This document shows positions 28,147 to 37,682 of a stretch of 64,000 nt of DNA, piece by piece. Location: assembly GCA_965224125.1 (NCBI GenBank), contig OZ245038.1, positions 2,180,374 to 2,244,373 of the forward strand, written 5' to 3'. Below the pieces are notes generated by a model that was not told the origin of the DNA, ran no database searches, and worked only from the letters and a program-made list of their open reading frames with translations. Origin of the DNA: Longimicrobiales bacterium (GTDB taxonomy: Bacteria; Gemmatimonadota; Gemmatimonadetes; Longimicrobiales; Gaopeijiaceae). The number at the start of each line of letters is the position of its first letter. Within the stretch, counting starts at the first letter, position 1. The position numbers were made by a program, and so were the translations under genes.

Positions 28147-29294
28147 GAACCTTCTCCGGTTTCCTCTTCCCCACCGGCTTCCATGGCCGCCTTGATGAAG
28201 TAGGCTCCTTCCGTGACCACCTGTGCGCCTGGCGGCACGCCCGTCACGGCGACCCGTCCCCCTCCCAACGCGACGGCTGTGACCGTGACCGGGTGGTAGA
28301 CACCGGGGGACTGCATCACGAACACGACGTCCTCTTCTCCGACCCGGACCGCTGCTTCCTCAGCCAGTTCAACGCCCTCGAAGCTGGCTGACGAGGCAAC
28401 GTCGACTTCCGCGAAACTCCCTGGACGCACGCCCTCGGGGATCTCACTCAACTCGAAGCGCATTTCTACGGATCGGTTCGCTGGATCCACGAAGTTGCCG
28501 GTCCTCACCAGGCGAGCGGGGACACTCACGCCCGCCAGCGCTCGGAACGTCACCGCCACGGTATCGCCCACCCGCATGCTGCTCGACGTGTTTTCCGGCA
28601 CGAAGGCCGTGACCCAGAGCGTGCGGGTCGACCCCATTTCCAACAATGGGGTGCCGGGGAGTACGGCCTGGCCCGGCTGCGCGTCCACCTGGAAGACCGT
28701 GCCGCTGCGGGGCGCGATGGCCGTCACGTTCCCGGACGTGGACGGGTAAAGGTGTTCGACCATCTCCTCCGCCCGGGTGACCTCGGCCTCGGCCTCTGCG
28801 AAATCGGCTTGTCGACGCTCGACCTCCTCCAGCGCTACCGCTCCTGCGTCGAGTAGCTTCTGCGAGCGTTCGAGCGCGTTCCTGTGGAATGCGAGCTGCG
28901 CTTCTGCCGCTGTCAGGTCCTTCTGCGCATCAGAAAGCTCGTGGGAGTGAATCTCCACCAAGGCCTGTCCGCGCCGGACCTGGTCGCCCGGTAGCACGTG
29001 GACCACGACAATGCGTCCCTCGACGATGGAGCCGACCGCCGCCTTCGCGGTGTCAGGGGTTCCCACCGATCCGGGCACCCGTACCGGCCGACGGATCGTG
29101 CGCGCCTCGACCGGCGACGTCACGATGCCGGCTGATCGCACTTGAGCGTCGGTGAGGCGTACGGATCCGTCCTCCGGAGCGGGCCCATCCCCCATCTGAT
29201 CGTCCCCAGAAGAGTCGCACGCCGACCCCACCGCAAGCACCGATACCGCGAGCAGCCACGAGAAGCGGCTGTGGATTGATTGCACAAGCATCAA
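28143..29294 (-). CDS. Efflux RND periplasmic adaptor (membrane fusion protein, CzcB/CusB-like)
   Basis: Lipoprotein signal, coiled-coil hairpin, beta-barrel domain. Overlaps the czcA-like start (ATGA). Confidence 0.8.
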   Translation of the reverse strand: MMLVQSIHSRFSWLLAVSVLAVGSACDSSGDDQMGDGPAPEDGSVRLTDAQVRSAGIVTSPVEARTIRRPVRVPGSVGTPDTAKAAVGSIVEGRIVVVHVLPGDQVRRGQALVEIHSHELSDAQKDLTAAEAQLAFHRNALERSQKLLDAGAVALEEVERRQADFAEAEAEVTRAEEMVEHLYPSTSGNVTAIAPRSGTVFQVDAQPGQAVLPGTPLLEMGSTRTLWVTAFVPENTSSSMRVGDTVAVTFRALAGVSVPARLVRTGNFVDPANRSVEMRFELSEIPEGVRPGSFAEVDVASSASFEGVELAEEAAVRVGEEDVVFVMQSPGVYHPVTVTAVALGGGRVAVTGVPPGAQVVTEGAYFIKAAMEAGGEEETGEGS

Positions 29295-30544
29295 CGGGTC
29301 TCCCGAAAGGGGTCACTGCATAGGAGGTCGGAGGTGAGGGACCGGCCCTGGAGGCGGGCGACCTCGGTTCGGGCGTTCCACCATTCGGTGAGCCACTGGT
29401 GGTAGTCGTCCAAAGCCAGCGTTCGGGCTCGGCGACTGTCCAGGAGTTCGAACAACGTTCCTTCGCCCAAATCGAACCGCGCCTCCGCGGCGGTCACTGT
29501 CTGATCCACGCTCTCGAACCAACCGTCGTCGAAGTGTGTGCCACCGCGGTTCATGGCATCCAACGTTGCGACGGCGGTGGCGTGGGCTGCGGACAACCTC
29601 GCCTCTGTATCCACCCGCAGGGACATGGCGGCGCGCTCGCTCGCCAGGGCGGCCGACATGCGCTCGGTGCCCAGGTCGAACAGCGGGAGATGGGTGGAGA
29701 GGCCCAGGTAGAGTCCCGTGTTCCCCCCCGACCGTCGGACCCCCACCTGAGGCGTCAGATCCGGGAGCTGGATTCCCCGCGCCATTTCGACGTCCCCTCG
29801 GGCTGCATCCACCCTGGCTTCGGCGATCAGGAGCTCGGGGGCCGTCGGGTCAGCGCCCCCGCTCGGAGTGACAGACGCCATCGTGCAGATGGAAGGATCG
29901 ATCCGGACGAAGCTCGTCGCGGGGAGCCCAACCAAGCGGGCCACATCTGCCGACGCGGCCGCGAACGCCGCCTCCCTTCTGGCCATGGTCGTCCCAGCCA
30001 TGCCACGTGCCAGCTCCGCACGGGCGGCGTCGCCCCTTGAAGCCCGCCCCGCCTCGGCCTGGCGAGCCAGCGCGTCGGCGATTCGGTCCAGGGTCGAGAG
30101 CTCCTCCTGGGCAGTCTCCAGGCGCGCGGTCTCACGAAGCAGGACTCCCATGGCCCCGAGCAGGTCGCGTTGAACGCCGAGTTCGGCGGCACGAGACTCG
30201 GCTGCCGCTGCGCTCGCGCCGGCCCTGGCGCTTCGGATCCTTCCGGACCGCTCCCAACCCACCGGGAGAGGTGCCGTCAGGACCGCCTGCCCCTCGAGGC
30301 CTCGGGAACCGGGGATTCCGGTGAAAGCCATCTGCTGGCCCACATCCTCAGCCGAGACGCCCAAACTTGGGTTTCGCCAGGCCCCCGCTTGCTCGGCGCG
30401 ATTGGAGGCGGCCTCCGCGGAGAAACGGAAGGCGGCCAACACCGACGAGTGCTCGAGCCCACGGTCGAACGCCTCGGAGGCGCTGAGCCTCACTGTGTCG
30501 GGAGCGGCTTGAAGGGTGGCCAACATCAGGACCAGTGCGGTCAT
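29291..30544 (-). CDS. TolC-family outer-membrane efflux protein (CzcC-like)
   Basis: OEP-type repeated coiled-coil/barrel segments. Start taken at the internal Met MTALVLMLATL. Overlaps the adaptor gene start. Confidence 0.7.
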   Translation of the reverse strand: MTALVLMLATLQAAPDTVRLSASEAFDRGLEHSSVLAAFRFSAEAASNRAEQAGAWRNPSLGVSAEDVGQQMAFTGIPGSRGLEGQAVLTAPLPVGWERSGRIRSARAGASAAAAESRAAELGVQRDLLGAMGVLLRETARLETAQEELSTLDRIADALARQAEAGRASRGDAARAELARGMAGTTMARREAAFAAASADVARLVGLPATSFVRIDPSICTMASVTPSGGADPTAPELLIAEARVDAARGDVEMARGIQLPDLTPQVGVRRSGGNTGLYLGLSTHLPLFDLGTERMSAALASERAAMSLRVDTEARLSAAHATAVATLDAMNRGGTHFDDGWFESVDQTVTAAEARFDLGEGTLFELLDSRRARTLALDDYHQWLTEWWNARTEVARLQGRSLTSDLLCSDPFRETR

Positions 30545-30693
30545 GTCTACTCCGTCTCGGTGGATCGTCCGCCCCCAGAATCTGCCCGGTCTGCGGGCAG
30601 GAACGCCATCCGGCAAGTGTCGGAGGCGCTCTGGAACGGTCAGATGAGCCGATTGTAGAAGCTGACCTCCGGAGTCACCAGGGACGCAGCGCC

Positions 30694-31206
30694 ATGGACA
30701 GTCACACAGGGCAGAAGGGGTTACTCGTCGTCTTCCTGGTCATCACGGTCGGGGGCGTTGTCGATCTGATTCTCGACGACCCGGACACCATCTTCAGCCT
30801 CCACGTCATGTTCGACGTACTGATGGTGCTCGTCAGCCTCGGCGCTGCCGGCTATCTCGCGCGGGGGTGGGTCCGCAGTACTCAAGCGGCTGTCGCGCTC
30901 GAAGAGGAGGTGGAGCGGCACCGCGAGGAGCGCGATGTTTGGAAGGAGAAGGCGTCCCTGGCCCTTCGGAGTCTCGGAGAGGCCATCGGCGAGGAGTTCG
31001 ACCGCTGGGAACTCACGCCCGCGGAGCGAGATACCGCCCTACAGCTTCTGAAAGGGCACAGCCATAAGCGGATTGCCAGGCTTACTCAGAAGAGTGAGCG
31101 GACCGTCCGACAGCACGCGGTGGCGGTCTACAGGAAGTCGGGCCTCGAAGGTCGGGCGCAGCTCGCTGCGTTCTTCCTGGAGGATTTACCGGTCCCCGAC
31201 CGCTAG
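30694..31206 (+). CDS. LuxR-family HTH transcriptional regulator with N-terminal transmembrane helices
   Basis: C-terminal LuxR/GerE HTH (TPAERDTALQLLKGHSHKRIARLTQKSERTVRQHAVAVYRKSG). Two N-terminal transmembrane helices. Divergent from the czc-like operon. Confidence 0.6.
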   Translation: MDSHTGQKGLLVVFLVITVGGVVDLILDDPDTIFSLHVMFDVLMVLVSLGAAGYLARGWVRSTQAAVALEEEVERHREERDVWKEKASLALRSLGEAIGEEFDRWELTPAERDTALQLLKGHSHKRIARLTQKSERTVRQHAVAVYRKSGLEGRAQLAAFFLEDLPVPDR

Positions 31207-31225
31207 CGCGGCCGGGGAGCCCGCA

Positions 31226-32776
31226 TCAGCCGTCCGTCGAGGGTGTGATCAGGTCCGGGGTGCCCTGCACTTCGATCTCCTCCCGGTCAGCCATGCCGTT
31301 GCCCTGCCCGGCGGCCCGCTGCAGCACCGACTGCAGGTCCACTCCGAAGCTCGAGGAGACGTTCTCCAGCATGGCCATCGCAGCGTTCACCTTGGTCGAC
31401 GCGGCTTGGCCCATCGCCTCACCGCTCGAGTCGGTTACCGTGAGACGATCGATCTCGATGCCCTTCACGGCGTCCACCGCGGTCGAGAACAGCTCAGGCA
31501 TCTTCTCCATCACCATCACTGCGAAGGCCTCCGAGCCTCCCGTGCGCAACTGCTGGTAGAGGAGCTCGAGCACTTCGACGTTTGCCTTACCGCGCTCAAG
31601 GATCGGCGCAGCCTGGGCGCGGGCTTCGGCTTGGGCAGCCTGCTCTGCGGCCTCTGCCGGCACCACGACATCTGCGCGTAATCTCTCGGCGGTCATTTCT
31701 ACACGGCGCGCCTCAAGTACCTTCTGCGCTTCCACCTCGGCCCGGCGGGCCTCGACAGTCGCCACCTTCTCCGCGGTCTCGGCCTCTCGGTCGAGGTTGG
31801 CCTGGCGTACCCTGAGCTCGTTCTCCGCTTCGGCGATCGACACGTTGGCTTTGGCTGCAGCCACGTCGGAGCGTCGGCGCGCGTCGGCTTGCTGCTCGCG
31901 CACCGCTGCCTGCGCGTCGGCTTCCACGATCTCTGCCGACCGTCGGGCCTCGGCCTGTTTCTGGCGCGTCTCGGCTTCCCGTTCGGCAGCCGCCACCTGT
32001 GAACGCTTCTGTGCCTCGGCCTTCTGCTCTTGAATCGAGGCTTCGGCCTCGGCCTCGGCGATCTCCGCTTTGCGACGCGCGTCGGCCTGTCGCAAACGCG
32101 TCTCGGCCTCACGCTCGGCTTCGGCCACCTCGGCCTGCTTCACAATCTCGGCGGTCTGGGCCCGCCCAATGGCGTCCAGATAGCCGACCTCATCGCTTAC
32201 GTTCTGGATCTTTAGTACGTCCAACTGAAATCCGAGTTGACTGAGATCGTCTGCGGCTTCCTCGGTCAGGCGCTGCGCGAACGTGAGCCGGTCCTCGTTC
32301 ACTTCTTCCGGCGTCAGCGTGGCCAGCACGCCGCGCAGGTTCCCCATGAGCGTTTCCTGCGCAAGCGTCATCAGCTCCGCTTCCGACTTTCCGAGTAGTC
32401 GCTCCACGGCGTTGTTGAACACCGGTTCAGGTTCGGATGCGATCTTCACGTTCGCGACCGCGTCGACGTTCAGGGGGATCCCACCCTTCGAAAACGCGTT
32501 GCGCACGTTGACTTCCATCTTCACGGTTTCCAGCGGCAGGAAGTCGACCTGTTCTACGATGGGTACGCGCAGCGTTCTCCCACCAATCACACTTCGGTAG
32601 CCGACGGTGGTGCCGTCCGTGATCGCACGGCGGCGGCCTGTGATGACCGCAGCGAGGTTGGGCGGAACGATCACGATCAAGTTGCTGATCGTAACGACCA
32701 GAATCAGGACGACCGCCGCGATCACAGCGGCCAAGATGATTCCCATCCCCAAGGGCCCTGTCAGTAGCTGTTCCAT
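31226..32776 (-). CDS. Flotillin-family protein (SPFH/band-7 domain with EA-rich coiled-coil)
   Basis: N-terminal transmembrane helix, SPFH domain, long AEAEAE/RQKQAEARR coiled-coil, flotillin C-terminal region. Confidence 0.8.
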   Translation of the reverse strand: MEQLLTGPLGMGIILAAVIAAVVLILVVTISNLIVIVPPNLAAVITGRRRAITDGTTVGYRSVIGGRTLRVPIVEQVDFLPLETVKMEVNVRNAFSKGGIPLNVDAVANVKIASEPEPVFNNAVERLLGKSEAELMTLAQETLMGNLRGVLATLTPEEVNEDRLTFAQRLTEEAADDLSQLGFQLDVLKIQNVSDEVGYLDAIGRAQTAEIVKQAEVAEAEREAETRLRQADARRKAEIAEAEAEASIQEQKAEAQKRSQVAAAEREAETRQKQAEARRSAEIVEADAQAAVREQQADARRRSDVAAAKANVSIAEAENELRVRQANLDREAETAEKVATVEARRAEVEAQKVLEARRVEMTAERLRADVVVPAEAAEQAAQAEARAQAAPILERGKANVEVLELLYQQLRTGGSEAFAVMVMEKMPELFSTAVDAVKGIEIDRLTVTDSSGEAMGQAASTKVNAAMAMLENVSSSFGVDLQSVLQRAAGQGNGMADREEIEVQGTPDLITPSTDG

Positions 32777-32822
32777 GATCTATCCTTTGCTTCTAAGGAA
32801 ACGGTTTTAGAAGTGCCGCGAC

Positions 32823-33485
32823 TCAGGGTTCGAGTTGTAGTCGCCCCTCCGCCGGCGTCACCATCGCCCTCCCACCGGTCATCTCCACGATGACCACATC
32901 GCGCCATCCAGCGGGGTCACCGTCCGCCTCGGAATAGGGGACCGCGACCAGGTCGACCGTGCCGCTGTGGCGCTGCACTCGCACCTGCCCCACACCTTCA
33001 CTCGAGATGGGAACAAGCATACGACCAGGTAGACCAACAAAGACGTGCTCCTCTTGGGTGGCGCCGCTCTCGGAGCGCTTGAGGTAGCCGAACACGCTGG
33101 TGGCCAAAAGGCCGCTGCCGAGGCCTCCCAACCCCGACACGGCCGCCGCAACCAGCGCACTGTCGACAGTGCCTAGCCCAGTCAGAGCGGTACCGATCGC
33201 CCCGAAACCAAACATGAAATAGAGGAGTCCGCGGATCGAGAGAATGCGAGCCGCGCCTATGTCGTGATCCAGATCCACGTCCCCATCGAGGTCGATGTCA
33301 GACGCGTCCACGTCCAGGAAGTCTGAGAACACGGAGATCCCAAGCAGCACGCCGCTCAGCACCAGGCAGAACACATAAGCGACGAGCACCGAATCCCCCT
33401 TTGGTTCAAGGGACGCGACCCGCAGGCCACGTTGTTTCCCTACTACGAGTTCAGGCGCCGACTTCTTCAAGCGGCATCCTCGCAA
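32823..33485 (-). CDS. NfeD/YqiJ-like membrane protein (flotillin-associated)
   Basis: Transmembrane helices plus a C-terminal OB-fold-like beta region. Immediately upstream of the flotillin gene, the classical yqiJ-yqiK arrangement. Start uncertain. Confidence 0.45.
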   Translation of the reverse strand: MRGCRLKKSAPELVVGKQRGLRVASLEPKGDSVLVAYVFCLVLSGVLLGISVFSDFLDVDASDIDLDGDVDLDHDIGAARILSIRGLLYFMFGFGAIGTALTGLGTVDSALVAAAVSGLGGLGSGLLATSVFGYLKRSESGATQEEHVFVGLPGRMLVPISSEGVGQVRVQRHSGTVDLVAVPYSEADGDPAGWRDVVIVEMTGGRAMVTPAEGRLQLEP

Positions 33486-33592
33486 CTAAGCCTCCGCCGC
33501 CGTTTCTGACAACCGGGAGGAGGGAACTCCAACGGTCCCCACCGGGTTCTCCCTTATCCCGGTGTTTCTGGCTCTTGGCGAAGGGGTGAACC

Positions 33593-35974
33593 ATGGCTCG
33601 TAGCCTCAATTCCGATTTTCCTTTCGCAACCTACCTGAGTCTTGAAGGGCTGATTGGGTTCTGGAGTGAGCTGGCGCGGGATGAGGCGTCTCCCTTCCAA
33701 ACGCAAGCGAAGCTCCTGGTGGAGCGTGTAGAGGCTGTCCCGGGGCTCCGCGGCAGGATCGAAGACGAGGGTATCCTCGCCAGGCACGGAAGCTTGGTCG
33801 AAGCGCTTATGGCGGCTCTCTTCCCTGTTGCAGACCAGGCGGCCCTCGGCGGAACCGGTCGACCGTTCGGGTTCACCAACATCTACGAGACGCCTCGCGC
33901 CCTCGAGACGGGGCTGTTCTCCGAGGAGTCGTTCGTGGGTGGCTCGCACCTCTCCGAGGAGGAGATGCAGCGCGGCCAGATGGTGGCGGCCTATCAATGT
34001 GTACTCCGCTCCGCCTACGGGATTGCCGCGGAGCTAGCGTACCCCCTGCTGGTGTCGTTGGAGGAACCAGAGACGGGCCTGCAGCAGCACTACCAGCTTT
34101 GGTGGGATCCGACGTTCATCGAGGTTGTCCCCAGGGGGGGCGCCCTCCCCCGGCCGAGCGAAGCGGAGTTCAAGCGACTGTTGGCGGAGCCCACCAATAT
34201 CCCTCTGTGGATGGAAGTGCTCCCGCCCTCACGATTCGAGCTTGGCGGACTTGGCGTTGTGCGGGGAACCGACGTGACGCAGCGGGAGGCGATCTCGCGG
34301 CTCAAGGACGATCTCCTGAAGCAAGGGGCCATGTCGAGTCCGGAGCGTATCGATCAGCTTCAGCATCGTATCCGCACGCTGCTGGGGGCACCGGAGGCTC
34401 GACTCGGGATGATCGCCTTCGACTATAGCGATGGCTCCGATACGCTCGACGGCGCATTTCCTGTCGGACGTAGTCTGTTGATGAGCGACGGCGTCAAACC
34501 CGAGTGTCCCCAAAGCTCGAAGTCCCACCACGCTGAGGCGTTCAAAAACGGTCAGCCGGTGGTGGTACCCGATCTAGAGCACGCGGTGAACAAGACCGGC
34601 TTCGAGTACCACCTCATGGAGCAGGGCCTCAAGAGTCTGTTGGTGCAGCCGCTGTTCAGCGGAAACCAGATGATCGGCCTCTTGGAGGTGGCGTCTCCTC
34701 ATACTGACCGGCTGAGCGCGTTCAGTTCGTTCAAGCTGAGCGATGTTGCGCAGCCCTTCGCCATCGCTTTGGAGCGCAGCCTCTCCGATCGAGAGGATCG
34801 GTTGCAAGCCATCATCAAGCGGCAGTATACCGCCATCCATCCGTCGGTGGAGTGGCGGTTCCGCGATGCAGCTGCGCGGATCCTGGATACCACCGAAGAC
34901 GCGCCCACGCCCGAGCAAGTCGTCTTCCCGGACGTGTACCCACTCTATGGCTTAACGGACATTCGGGGGTCGTCGGGCACGCGAAGTCGAGGGATCCAAG
35001 CGGATCTAGTGGAGCAGCTACAGCTGGCGCTGCAGGTTCTGGATGGAGCTGGGAAGGAGCGTGGGCTACCGGTGCTCGATCAGATCGGCTACCGGATCAG
35101 GCGCTTCCTCTCGCGGATCGAGGCTGGGCTCCACTCGGAAGACGAGACCGCGGCCATTGGCTTCCTTCACACCGACTTTGAGCCACTGCTCGATGGGTTG
35201 GGCGGCTGGGGACCCGACGTTGCAGCGCAGGTGGAGGTATACCAACAGGCGCTAGACCCCGAGCTTGGCGTGCTCTATCACCGGCGCCGACGCTTCGATC
35301 AGAGCGTCATGAAGTTCAACGAGACCATCAGTCAGGTGCTGGAGCGCGAGCAGCTCGAAGCGCAGGCAGTCTTCCCGCACTTCTTCGAGCGCTTCCAGAC
35401 CGACGGTGTCGACTATAACATCTACATTGGGGACTCCCTAACCAAGGCTGGCGGGTTCCAACGCATGTATTTGCACAACCTGCGCCTCTGGCAGCTCAAG
35501 CTGGTCAGCCACGTGGAATGGGAGCTGAATCGCACGCGTCCCGAGCTGGGCGTGGACCTGGCGCCCACCCATCTGGTGCTCGTGCAGGACCAACCGCTCT
35601 CCATTCGGTTCCGGATAGACGAGAAGCGCTTCGATGTCGATGGCGCCTACAACATCCGCTACGAGCTCGTGAAGAAGCGGATCGACAAGGCGCATATCCG
35701 CAAGACCAACGAGCGACTCACTCAGCCGGGTTACCTGGCGGTCGTGTACTCCCAAGCGCATGAAGCCCACGAGTATCGGCGCTACCTGGAGTACCTGATT
35801 TCGATCGGCTACTACGACGGCGCGATCGAGGACCTCGAACTGGAGGACCTCCAGGGCGTACTGGGACTGCGGGCGCTCCGCGTTGCCATTCCGAGCGAGG
35901 CTCCGTCATCCGACGCGCGCCCGACCACGAGGGTGGAGGGCAGTGAGTTGGCGAGGGTGATCGCTGGCGCCTAA
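33593..35974 (+). CDS. Large GAF-domain-containing protein
   Basis: Central GAF-like region (LLVQPLFSGNQMIGLLEVASP). ~790-aa conserved-hypothetical architecture. Its last 20 codons are duplicated 1.68 kb downstream. Confidence 0.5.
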   Translation: MARSLNSDFPFATYLSLEGLIGFWSELARDEASPFQTQAKLLVERVEAVPGLRGRIEDEGILARHGSLVEALMAALFPVADQAALGGTGRPFGFTNIYETPRALETGLFSEESFVGGSHLSEEEMQRGQMVAAYQCVLRSAYGIAAELAYPLLVSLEEPETGLQQHYQLWWDPTFIEVVPRGGALPRPSEAEFKRLLAEPTNIPLWMEVLPPSRFELGGLGVVRGTDVTQREAISRLKDDLLKQGAMSSPERIDQLQHRIRTLLGAPEARLGMIAFDYSDGSDTLDGAFPVGRSLLMSDGVKPECPQSSKSHHAEAFKNGQPVVVPDLEHAVNKTGFEYHLMEQGLKSLLVQPLFSGNQMIGLLEVASPHTDRLSAFSSFKLSDVAQPFAIALERSLSDREDRLQAIIKRQYTAIHPSVEWRFRDAAARILDTTEDAPTPEQVVFPDVYPLYGLTDIRGSSGTRSRGIQADLVEQLQLALQVLDGAGKERGLPVLDQIGYRIRRFLSRIEAGLHSEDETAAIGFLHTDFEPLLDGLGGWGPDVAAQVEVYQQALDPELGVLYHRRRRFDQSVMKFNETISQVLEREQLEAQAVFPHFFERFQTDGVDYNIYIGDSLTKAGGFQRMYLHNLRLWQLKLVSHVEWELNRTRPELGVDLAPTHLVLVQDQPLSIRFRIDEKRFDVDGAYNIRYELVKKRIDKAHIRKTNERLTQPGYLAVVYSQAHEAHEYRRYLEYLISIGYYDGAIEDLELEDLQGVLGLRALRVAIPSEAPSSDARPTTRVEGSELARVIAGA
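35909..35968. repeat. 60-bp direct repeat, copy 1 (the 3' end of the GAF gene). Copy 2 is at 37590..37649
   Basis: 59/60 identical. Both copies are in-frame gene ends encoding SD(A/V)RPTTRVEGSELARVIAG. Confidence 0.85.
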
Positions 35975-36023
35975 TACACTCTGAACCCATTAAGGGGCGA
36001 AATCAGCGAGAGAGCGGCGCGTG

Positions 36024-36134
36024 CTAGAAACCGCAATCTCCGCTATATGGTCGGTCCCGGACGTATGTGACCAACATGGCGATTGCTACGAACGTGACGA
36101 TGATAGTCGACACGATATCAAAGAGACCTTTCAT
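36024..36134 (-). CDS. Putative small hydrophobic membrane peptide (36 aa)
   Basis: ORF MKGLFDIVSTIIVTFVAIAMLVTYVRDRPYSGDCGF, preceded by a GGAGAAAACG Shine-Dalgarno-like site. Lies inside the repeat-flanked insert. Too short for the ORF table. Confidence 0.25.
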   Translation of the reverse strand: MKGLFDIVSTIIVTFVAIAMLVTYVRDRPYSGDCGF

Positions 36135-36174
36135 CGTTTTCTCCTTGCGTGCTGCCTCTTGGGTCAACAGATGT

Positions 36175-37389
36175 TCATGGTCGATTTAGACCATATCTGC
36201 GAACTTCTTGGACGCCCAGCGGGCTGGTCCAGACTCCCAAGATCGATGACGATGTGATGGCGCGCACTGCCAGACCTTGCGGAGTCACAACCGTACCCTG
36301 CGCCCGCCCGTCATCATCAAAGATGATCCAGTGGCTCGGCTTCAGCGCTTGCTGAGCGGGGTCGTAAATCCCAGCCCACGTCCATCCCTCCGAGTCCTGA
36401 AGAAGGGCACCAAACGCTGGAACCAAGGTGGGTAGGGGCATCTCTTCCACAATCCTTCGGATGCGGTCCGCCGGAACGGAAGTCGTTGAGGTAAACTCCT
36501 CGATCCAAGCGTCGATCATCTCCGTCGTTACGGGGCGGAGTGGAGCGTCTAGGCGAAAAATGCGTGTTAGGTGCCCCTCGAAGTCGTACTCCCTCAATTC
36601 GGCGGGGCCACCGAGATAGAGTCTTGCGCCCGTCGGGCTGACGACCCCAAGTGGGCGGAAGAGAGTGAAGGGTCTCCTCCAAGCAGTTGGAGCGGCCTGA
36701 CCCGGCACGTCTTCAGCAAAAAACGCCTCTGTCGTAACGGTGGCGACCGCCGTCTCCCTCTGTGTGACGAGGTCCACCCAACGAAACGTCATCGGCATAC
36801 GTATTATCCCCGGCCTCGACCGACGTCGTACGCCCGAAAGGAAGAGCGCCTTCCCTCCAGTGACTCCCAACGGTGGTCGGCCGCCTCTCACGGCGGTCGT
36901 TGTGTGCACCCGAAATCGAAGATTGATGGTGGATATGTAGTGAAATCTACGGAGTCCACCATCGTAAACGATGATGGAGTCACTGTTTTGCGTTGGTGCA
37001 AGTCCGACCTCCAGGAATTCGCCAGGGCCACGGCCACGCCCGCCTATCCGTCCAACGAGGGAGCCTGAGCGGTCAAAAAGGCGGATTTGTCGGTCGGCCC
37101 CATCGACAACAGCCACTCCGCCGCTCTGTAAAGGCGCAACTCCCTCCACCGAGGAAAAAAGCTCTTGGGGAGAAGGCCCGTCACCGATGATGAGGTCTGG
37201 CGAGTCGCTCACATCCCACGGCAGTAGCCTGCTAGCCTCAGCGCTAGCAGTCACCGAAATGGTGACTCCCGCACTGTCGTAGCGGGGAAGGCCGGAAGAG
37301 GCGCCCTCCCGTGCTCGCGGAGGTTCACTACAACTCGGTAGAGCAAACAGCGAAGCCCCTAGGAGGAGAAACCTAATCGGGCCCCTCAC
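36175..37389 (-). CDS. Hypothetical beta-propeller lipoprotein (TolB/NHL-like 6-bladed propeller)
   Basis: Lipobox LFALPSCS. Repeated G-x-G/Asp-rich blade-like segments (VAVVDGADRQIRLFDRSGSLVGRIGGRGRGPGEF, IIVYDGG). Inside the insert flanked by the 60-bp direct repeats. Confidence 0.4.
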   Translation of the reverse strand: MRGPIRFLLLGASLFALPSCSEPPRAREGASSGLPRYDSAGVTISVTASAEASRLLPWDVSDSPDLIIGDGPSPQELFSSVEGVAPLQSGGVAVVDGADRQIRLFDRSGSLVGRIGGRGRGPGEFLEVGLAPTQNSDSIIVYDGGLRRFHYISTINLRFRVHTTTAVRGGRPPLGVTGGKALFLSGVRRRSRPGIIRMPMTFRWVDLVTQRETAVATVTTEAFFAEDVPGQAAPTAWRRPFTLFRPLGVVSPTGARLYLGGPAELREYDFEGHLTRIFRLDAPLRPVTTEMIDAWIEEFTSTTSVPADRIRRIVEEMPLPTLVPAFGALLQDSEGWTWAGIYDPAQQALKPSHWIIFDDDGRAQGTVVTPQGLAVRAITSSSILGVWTSPLGVQEVRRYGLNRP

Positions 37390-37589
37390 TCCTCCCCAGC
37401 TCCCCCGCTACGACGCTCGAAGATCAGAGCAGCGGCGGGTCGAAGTCGCCTGTCATCGAGATCCCTCCATGCCTTAGGAACTGAAATGCGCATCAGACGG
37501 AGAGGGTTCCTTACCATACGCAGCGCGCGCACTATGCGCAACACGAAGGCGGAACCATGAACGGCCTTGGGAAGGCGGCCCTCAAACCG

Positions 37590-37649
37590 TCCGACGTGCG
37601 CCCGACCACGAGGGTGGAGGGCAGTGAGTTGGCGAGGGTGATCGCTGGC
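37590..37649. repeat. 60-bp direct repeat, copy 2 (displaced remnant of the GAF-gene 3' end)
   Basis: One mismatch to 35909..35968. Embedded in a 31-codon remnant ORF MNGLGKAALKPSDVRPTTRVEGSELARVIAG*. Confidence 0.85.
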
Positions 37650-37682
37650 TGATCGAGCGGCGAGGAGGCGGTTGAGGGCCGC

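Noticed and set aside
31600-32300. Repetitive GCCGAGGCC/CGCGCC DNA inside the flotillin gene
   Set aside because: Encodes the EA-rich coiled-coil (AEAEAE...) typical of flotillins. A coding low-complexity region, not a mobile or regulatory repeat.
37460-37520. Short palindrome GCGCACTATGCGC near the remnant ORF
   Set aside because: 5-bp arms only. Too weak to call a terminator or operator on its own. Noted only as part of the insert boundary.
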